Shown piece by piece: positions 25,975 to 32,000 of a DNA stretch of 32,000 bases. The DNA comes from Pyrodictium occultum. GTDB taxonomy: Archaea > Thermoproteota > Thermoprotei_A > Sulfolobales > Pyrodictiaceae. Position 1 is the stretch's first letter, and the number at the start of each line of letters is the position of its first letter. The notes below the pieces were generated by a model. The model was not told where the DNA came from. It did no database searches and saw nothing but the letters and a program-made list of their open reading frames with translations. Where the stretch lies: contig NZ_LNTB01000001.1 in assembly GCF_001462395.1 (NCBI RefSeq), positions 1,260,001 to 1,292,000 on the forward strand, written 5' to 3'. Made by a program: the position numbers and the translations under genes.

Positions 25975-26090
25975 CCTCCTAGCCGCCTCACGTATTCGGA
26001 TCTTCCAGTAAATCCGAGCCTCTCAGCGTACATGTCTATCTTCTTGAGCAGGTTTTCGGGAATGGATATGCTCACTACGGGCATGCTCAT
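25971..26090 (-). CDS. nikR: Ribbon-helix-helix (CopG/NikR N-terminal) domain ORF, 39 aa, overlapping the downstream NikR_C ORF by ATGA
   Basis: It is not in the ORF track. My own translation of the minus strand gives [39 protein letters not shown]. The pattern beta-strand (VSISIP), helix, G.(S/T).RSE(Y/A)(V/I)R is the RHH signature. A TGA stop lies immediately upstream of the ATG at 26090. Confidence 0.6.
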   Translation of the reverse strand: MSMPVVSISIPENLLKKIDMYAERLGFTGRSEYVRRLGG

Positions 26091-26193
26091 TCATCCTCGG
26101 CTGTGGCGCGGTATACTAGTAACGCGATTGCCGACCTAATAAATTCTACATAATATGTTCATGTCTAGTTTAACAAGAAGAATTATTATATGA
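26091..26193. promoter_or_regulatory. AT-rich divergent promoter region between nikR and the P-type ATPase
   Basis: This is the locally lowest-GC stretch. It contains TATA-like elements (CTAATAAATT 26137-26146, ACATAATAT 26149-26157, TTATTATAT 26183-26191), the palindromic GTATAC/ACTAGT at 26111-26120, and a weak inverted repeat AATTCT(26142-26147)...AGAATT(26179-26184). Confidence 0.45.
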
Positions 26194-28115
26194 ATGGTGT
26201 TTTGTAGCCCTGCAGTGATGAGTGGTGTGAAGTGCTGTGGATTCCTGCATGACGGTTGGTGGCTGGCGCTGCTTATCCTCGGGCTTCTAGTACTATCGCT
26301 CAGCCTGCTAGGGCTAGACCAGCTGGCCTGGTTCATCCTTGCAGCGGTTGCAGCTGGATTGTTGGCAAGGTTCACTGTCATGTTGGCAAGGGGCAGGGTT
26401 ACTGTAGACCTCTTGATGGGGCTCTCCGTCCTAGTGATGTTGAAATACGGTCTTACCTCTGAGGCAGCGCTTGTGGCCACGCTGTACGCTGCGTCGGAGA
26501 TACTGGAGGATGCTGCGGAGGAGGCTGCAGAGAGGAGGCTTACGAGCCTCCGGGAGCTTCTGCCGCGCACCGCCCTGGTCCGCCGCGGCAACGTAGAGAA
26601 GGTTCACATTGACGAGGTGAAGCCTGGCGACGTGATCATAGTCCCGCATGGGGGCATGGTGCCTCTCGACTCCATGCTGCTAAGCGAGGAGGCGGTTTTT
26701 GATACATCTATGGTCACCGGGGAGCACGAGCCGAGGAGGCTGACGAGAGGCGACCCGGTAGAGAGCGGCTACATGAATATAGGCGGTATGGCTGTGGGGG
26801 TCAGGGCTGTAAAGCCTGCTAGGGAGAGTGCAATCCAGCTACTGGTGCGCGAGGCCCTGGAGACGCTGGAGAAGAAGACGAGGCACCAGCGCCTCATAGA
26901 GCGCATCGCCCCCTGGTACATAGGCCTGCTCCTAGCCTCCTACGCGGCTGCATCAGCAATACTTGGCCCGGAGAGAAGCCTAGTCTTCCTCCTGGCTGGC
27001 TGCCCGAGCGCCTACATAGTGGTGTCGAGCTACACCTACATGCTAGTCCTGGGCCAGCTGGCACGTCGAGGCGTGGTGGTGAGGAGCCCCAGAGCCTCGA
27101 GAACGCCTCCCGGGCCAGGACGGTTGTGCTAGACAAGACCGGCACAATCACCCTCGGCAGCCTTCGCGTGGCTCGCATACACTATGAGGGCCGGGATCCA
27201 GCCGGGAGACGATACGCCTCATAGCCTCGGCTGCAAGGGCCAGCCTCCACCCCGCAGCCGAGGCGGTGGCTAGGCTGAGCAATGAGATTGCAGAGGTGGA
27301 GGAGGTCAACGAGATCCCTGGCAAGGGCGTGGTAGCCAGGGTTGAGGGGCATCTAGTGGTCCTGGGTAGTAGGAGCCTTGTCGAGGAGCACGCCGGCGGC
27401 CTGCCGCCCGGCAACCCTTGCGAAGGGCCCGTAGTCTATGCTGCAGTGGACGGCGCCTACGTGGCCTCGTTCTGCCTGGAAGAAGAGCTGGACCCCGGGG
27501 CAGAGCGGGTGGTGGAGACGCTGAAAAACATGGGGCTTAGAGTCGTGGTTGCCAGCGGCGACTCGAGCTCATCGGTGAGAATGATCGCCGAGAGGCTCGG
27601 CATAGACTACTACGGGGGCCTACGGCCTCATGAGAAGAAGAGGCTGGTTGAAAATCTCCGGCGGGAGGGCCCTGTCCTAGTAGCCGGGGACGGGGTCAAC
27701 GACATCCCCATGCTAGCCGCCAGCGATGTCGGCGTCGCCATGGCGCGTATAGCGCTGGTGGCTAGAAGCGCCGACGCTGTATCCACCCGGGGGGCTCCGG
27801 GGCCTGCCAGACCTGCTCCGCGGATCCAGGACTTATCTGGCCTCCCTCTACACTGGGCTTGCAGCCGCCACGCTGCTAAAGCTGGCAGTAATTGTGGCGG
27901 GCTTAGCGGGCGTCATCTCCCTCCCCCCAGTGCTAGTCCTCGGCGATGATGGGGTCACACTCGTTGCCGCGGCCTCTGTCAGCCTCGCCGCGGGCTTTGC
28001 CTGGAGGAAGGGAGGAAGGCTAAGCTCGCTGCTGGGAAGGCTAGGGAGCCGCCCGCTAGGTAATACTAGTAATACCACAAGACAACGGGAAGAGTATGTC
28101 CGCAACAATTTATAA
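26194..28115 (+). pseudogene. P1B-type (heavy-metal) P-type ATPase without an N-terminal metal-binding domain, interrupted by three frameshifts
   Basis: Frame 1 (26194-~27087) carries TGE (MVTGEHEP) and a CPS motif in the TM helix (LLAGCPSAYIV). Frame 2 (~27090-27206) carries VVLDKTGTITLG. Frame 3 (~27206-27790) carries an HP motif (ASLHPAAEAV) and VAGDGVNDIPMLAASDVGVAMA. Frame 4 (~27792-28115) carries GLRGLPDLLRGSRTYL plus the final TM helices. The frame switches fall at a C4 run (27087-27090), a G3 run (27204-27206) and a G6 run (27789-27794). Confidence 0.8.
28108..28115 (+). promoter_or_regulatory. TATA box (ATTTATAA) for the 28131/28140 gene; the transcript is likely leaderless
   Basis: This consensus-like TATA overlaps the ATPase stop codon. 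ATG codons at 28131 and 28140 lie 23-32 nt downstream, which is about where transcription would be expected to start. Confidence 0.55.
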
Positions 28116-28139
28116 TCAAGCGTTAGCAGTATGGTCAGT

Positions 28140-28731
<592 letters not shown>

Positions 28732-28773
28732 ACCCTCCTCCATGGTAGTATCTTACGGCCCCTCGCCTAGGGG

Positions 28774-29223
28774 CTATTTAGCGGTTCGGCCCCCAGTCTG
28801 CAGGCCCCCCAGCGCCTCCTCTAGGAGCCTCTCCAGCTCCCCTACGCCGGGCAGCTCGGCTACAAGGCGCGCGTGGAGCGTTATCCTCGCCTCGCCGGCC
28901 TCGGGGTCGTAGTCCACGTCGTACTCCTCCACGCCCTGGGTCTCCGGCGACTCCTCCAGCAGCTCGGCTAGCCTCTCCTCCAGCTCCCTGGGGTCCAGGC
29001 CCCTAGGCGCCTCGAGGGAGGCTACGAGCTCCACCCCATCCGGGCTGGCGTCGAGGAACACGCTGCGGGTTCTCCCCCTCCGGGGCCGCGCCTCCAGCAC
29101 CACCCTGGGCCCGTACGGGTCTATCTCGAGGTTCTCCACGTCATTTATGTCTATGCCGAGAGCCTCTACAATGGGCTTGAGCGCCTTCTCGAGAAGCCTT
29201 GCCAGCTTCCCGCCCTCTCTCAT
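28774..29223 (-). CDS. Hypothetical acidic cytoplasmic protein (149 aa)
   Basis: ATG start with coding-like composition and no TM helix or signal peptide. I recognise no motif. Confidence 0.6.
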   Translation of the reverse strand: MREGGKLARLLEKALKPIVEALGIDINDVENLEIDPYGPRVVLEARPRRGRTRSVFLDASPDGVELVASLEAPRGLDPRELEERLAELLEESPETQGVEEYDVDYDPEAGEARITLHARLVAELPGVGELERLLEEALGGLQTGGRTAK

Positions 29224-29247
29224 GCCTTTAGGCCCTCCGGCCCGGCC

Positions 29248-29268
29248 GCCGGCTGCACCGCAGCCGGC
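29248..29268. promoter_or_regulatory. GC-rich perfect hairpin/palindrome GCCGGCTGC-acc-GCAGCCGGC in a divergent intergenic region
   Basis: 9-bp perfect arms with a 3-nt loop, 25 nt upstream of the ATG at 29223 (minus-strand gene) and upstream of the AT-rich molybdoenzyme promoter. Confidence 0.35.
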
Positions 29269-29299
29269 CTTAGGATAAGTGCTGCAGGCCAGTCACATG

Positions 29300-29350
29300 A
29301 TATTTTCTTGATAATTAAGGTAATTAATATAAGTAATTTTATTAATGTTC
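29300..29350 (+). promoter_or_regulatory. AT-rich promoter of the molybdopterin oxidoreductase operon, with reiterated TAATTAA-like elements
   Basis: gaTAATTAAggTAATTAAtataagTAATTTTATTAAtg is a striking AT island in a high-GC genome. GGTGG at 29386-29390 lies 7 nt before the TTG at 29398. Confidence 0.5.
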
Positions 29351-29397
29351 AACCATGTACAGGTATTGGTGGAACACTGGACCAGGGTGGGTATCGG

Positions 29398-31941
29398 TTG
29401 AGGATAACGCGCCGCGAGGCGCTCAAACTCGCCGCCGTCGCTGCAGCTTCTTCAGCGCTCCCACTCTCTATCCCGAGAAGGAGGCTTCCCCGGGCGAGAG
29501 CCGGCAGCTCTGCAGCACCGACCTCGATACGCGTGGCCAACACTGCCTGCATTATCTGCGGGCAGAGGTGCCCCATCAGGATATACGTGGCAGAGGTGGG
29601 TGGCGAGCAGGTAGTAGCGAAGGTCGTGTACAACACCGACCCTGAGTACGACCGGTACTTCGCAGCCTGCGGCAGGCCCCAGGCCATCCCGGAGCTGCGC
29701 TTCCTGCCCCAGCGCATCCGTAGGCCCCTACTCCGTGTAGGAGCAAGGGGCGAGGGCAGGTTTAGGGAGATAAGCTGGGAGGAGGCCCTCAACATACTCG
29801 CCGAGAAGCTGAAGAAGTACCTCGATGAGCCATGGCGCATCGTGGTGCTCAGCCACCAGGGCTTTGAAGGCGGCCTGGTACGCTCATTCTTCGAGAGCGT
29901 GCTGGGCACCCCGAACACTACCCAGCACTGCGACACCTGCCATACCGGCTGCGATATAGGCCGTAAACCCATCTTCGGCGCCTATAAGGGCCCCTCGGCC
30001 TTCATGCCGGACTATGCCAATGCTAAGCTCGCCGTCTTCATGGGCCGCAACCCGGCCGGGGGCATAGTGGCCTCGGCGTGGACCAAGATGTTCACCGAGG
30101 GCCGCGCCAACAAGATGAAGCTGGTGGTGTTCGATGTCCGTGAGAGCCGTCTGACCGAGCTAGCCGACGAGTACTACATAATACCCCCGGGCACCGACCT
30201 CGCGGTGAGCCTCGCCCTGCTCAACATCATACTCAGCGAGAGGCTCTACAACAAGGACTACCTTGTCAAGTGGACTAACGCTCCAATGCTGGTCTACGCG
30301 GACACCATGGAGCCCGTGAAGCTCGCCCCTAACCCGCTGATGAAGGGCAAGAAGACCTACCTAGTCTACGACGAGGCTGACGGGAAGTTCAGGCTGAAGA
30401 CTGAGGCCCTGAGCCCAGCCCTGGAGTACGAGGGCACCTACCAGGGCCGCCCCGTTAAGACCGTGCTCCTAGCCATACGCGACGCCGTCAAGAACTATAC
30501 GCCCGAGTGGGCCGAGAAGATAACTGGCGTCCCGGCCAACGCTATACGCAGGCTAGCCCACGAGCTCGCCGATGCAGCGCCCAAGGCCTTCATAGACCAC
30601 GGCTACAAGGGTACCCGCTACTACAACGAGGGCATGCTGAACAGGGTGAATATGCTCATAAACATAATGCTCGGCAGCCTAGGGGCGAAGGGCGGCATAG
30701 CCTACCCGGCTGGGAAGCCCCACTTCAAGTCCCCAATAGACATACTGGGCATAGCCAAGACGAAGCCAAGGGGCACCTCGATACCGGGGTACTGGGCCAG
30801 CCAGGGCGTGGAGAACATCCGCCCTGGCTGCTGGAGCATGCTCGTGGCAAGGTCGATTATCGAGGGCAAGCCGTATCCGATAGGCGTGCTCTTCATACAC
30901 CTAGAGAACTTCGTAAGCCACGTCCTAGGGGGCCGTAAGCTGGCTGAAGCGCTTAAGGACGAGAACCGCGTGGAGTTCATAGTAGTACTCGACACAGTGT
31001 TCAACGAGACAACGATGTATGCAGACCTGGTGCTGCCGGTACCATTCTTCTTCGAGTACGAGCCGATAACGCTAAACTATGCTAAGAAGAGCTATGTAAG
31101 CGTAGTGGTGGACCCGCAGAAGGCCCTGGACCCGCCGAGAGGCGTGGACGCTAGGCCCACCTGGTGGATACTTGTAGAGATTGCGAAGAGGCTCGGCAAG
31201 CTGCCCCCCGGTGCCTCGGTGGACCCCATAGCAGTCAAGAGGAAGCAGGCTGAGGAGGCTGGCATAAACTATGCCGAGCTGAGGAGGAAAGGCTACGCCC
31301 TGCTCTGGACCAAGCCCAAATACCACCCCTGGGGCGGCAAGCCGCTCCCCACAACCACGGGCGAGCTCGAGCTGGTGAACGTAGAGTGGCTTGCCAAGTA
31401 CAGGAGCTACATAGGTAAGGAGTCGCCGCTCAACCCGCTGCCCTGCTGGGTACCGCCCCTCTGGATGAGGAAGGGCGGCCTTGCCGATAACGAGTTCGTG
31501 GTGGTCGAGTTCCAGGATCCGTTGACAGCGATAAACAACTTCATGAGGTTCGCCAGACTGGTGAGTGACTCGCTCAAGTGGGGGAGGCTCTACGGCGTCC
31601 AGATGCACCCCTCAAGGGCCAGGAGGCTCGGGCTCAGGGATGGCGACCTGGTGAGGCTGGTGGGCCCCAACGGTGAGGTAACAGCTAGGGTCATAGTCAC
31701 CGAGAAGGTGCACCCCATGGTTCTAGCAGCACCCCATGCCACAGCTCTTGACGAAAGGGTTGTACCCAATAAGGTTGTGGTTGAGACTTCCAGCGGCACT
31801 CTCACGGTCAAGCTATTCGGAGACGGTGGAGGCTATGGCGTGAACAACAACTTCCTGGGAGACCCCATGGTGAGCGTTGTGCCTGAGGAGGGCTACAGGG
31901 CCGCCCAGCACGATTTTGTTGTGAGGGTTGAGAAGCTCTAG
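29398..31941 (+). CDS. Tat-exported molybdopterin (bis-MGD) oxidoreductase catalytic subunit, DMSO-reductase superfamily (Psr/Phs/Ttr/Arr-like)
   Basis: The TTG at 29398 gives the twin-arginine signal MRITRREALKLAAVAAASSALPLS. An N-terminal 4Fe-4S motif (CIICGQRCPI...AACGRP, C-x2-C-x3-C...C) is present. Size is ~850 aa. A downstream gene begins MARMAMVIDLNR. The track start at 29308 lies inside the AT-rich promoter. Confidence 0.85.
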   Translation: MRITRREALKLAAVAAASSALPLSIPRRRLPRARAGSSAAPTSIRVANTACIICGQRCPIRIYVAEVGGEQVVAKVVYNTDPEYDRYFAACGRPQAIPELRFLPQRIRRPLLRVGARGEGRFREISWEEALNILAEKLKKYLDEPWRIVVLSHQGFEGGLVRSFFESVLGTPNTTQHCDTCHTGCDIGRKPIFGAYKGPSAFMPDYANAKLAVFMGRNPAGGIVASAWTKMFTEGRANKMKLVVFDVRESRLTELADEYYIIPPGTDLAVSLALLNIILSERLYNKDYLVKWTNAPMLVYADTMEPVKLAPNPLMKGKKTYLVYDEADGKFRLKTEALSPALEYEGTYQGRPVKTVLLAIRDAVKNYTPEWAEKITGVPANAIRRLAHELADAAPKAFIDHGYKGTRYYNEGMLNRVNMLINIMLGSLGAKGGIAYPAGKPHFKSPIDILGIAKTKPRGTSIPGYWASQGVENIRPGCWSMLVARSIIEGKPYPIGVLFIHLENFVSHVLGGRKLAEALKDENRVEFIVVLDTVFNETTMYADLVLPVPFFFEYEPITLNYAKKSYVSVVVDPQKALDPPRGVDARPTWWILVEIAKRLGKLPPGASVDPIAVKRKQAEEAGINYAELRRKGYALLWTKPKYHPWGGKPLPTTTGELELVNVEWLAKYRSYIGKESPLNPLPCWVPPLWMRKGGLADNEFVVVEFQDPLTAINNFMRFARLVSDSLKWGRLYGVQMHPSRARRLGLRDGDLVRLVGPNGEVTARVIVTEKVHPMVLAAPHATALDERVVPNKVVVETSSGTLTVKLFGDGGGYGVNNNFLGDPMVSVVPEEGYRAAQHDFVVRVEKL

Positions 31942-31963
31942 CCCGTGAGGGAGGTGGTATACG

Positions 31964-32000
31964 ATGGCCCGCATGGCTATGGTTATAGACCTTAACCGCT
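31964..32000 (+). CDS. 4Fe-4S ferredoxin-type electron-transfer subunit of the molybdoenzyme (partial, continues past the window)
   Basis: The ATG at 31964 is preceded by GGAGGTGG (31950-31957). MARMAMVIDLNR matches the (G)MVIDL.(K/R)C.GC N-terminus of PsrB/DmsB-type subunits. Confidence 0.7.
   Translation, partial: MARMAMVIDLNR

Noticed and set aside
24599-26193. A functional link between the His/Gly tail of the coiled-coil protein and the nikR/ATPase metal module 1 kb downstream.
   Set aside because: aroE, a housekeeping gene on its own promoter, lies between them. The composition differs on either side, and the metal module is degraded. Proximity alone is insufficient.

Overview
High-GC (roughly 65-70%) archaeal chromosome segment. 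Gene content points to a hyperthermophilic crenarchaeon of the Desulfurococcales/Aeropyrum type: GHMP-type shikimate kinase, split transketolase, operonic TrpB2, TATA-box promoters and GGAGGTGA-type Shine-Dalgarno sites. About 60% of the window (3.2-21.1 kb, plus aroE at 24.8 kb) is one aromatic-amino-acid super-locus. It holds aroK, aroA-aroC, the tktN-tktC-CM/PDH operon, DAHP synthase-aroB-aroD, and a trpA-trpB2-trpD-trpF-trpE-trpG-trpC operon, with alaX and an lpd-like flavoprotein wedged between the aro and trp blocks. The accessory parts are: (i) a 5'-truncated large surface protein (11-3103); (ii) a divergent pair at 21.1-24.7 kb, made of a signal-peptide/ectodomain/Thr-rich-stalk/TM/C-terminal winged-helix protein and a ~720-aa secreted, heavily sequon-decorated coiled-coil protein with a His/Gly tail, which is my best candidate for an undescribed envelope-linked regulatory module; (iii) a lower-GC islet at 25.7-28.7 kb holding a split or frameshifted nikR and a P1B-type ATPase broken by three homopolymer frameshifts, ending at tRNA-Ala(UGC); (iv) a Tat-exported molybdopterin oxidoreductase with the start of its FeS subunit at the right edge. 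I saw no CRISPR array, transposase or integrase. The many long alternate-frame ORFs in the track are high-GC artefacts. All family assignments come from motif recognition by eye, not from database searches.
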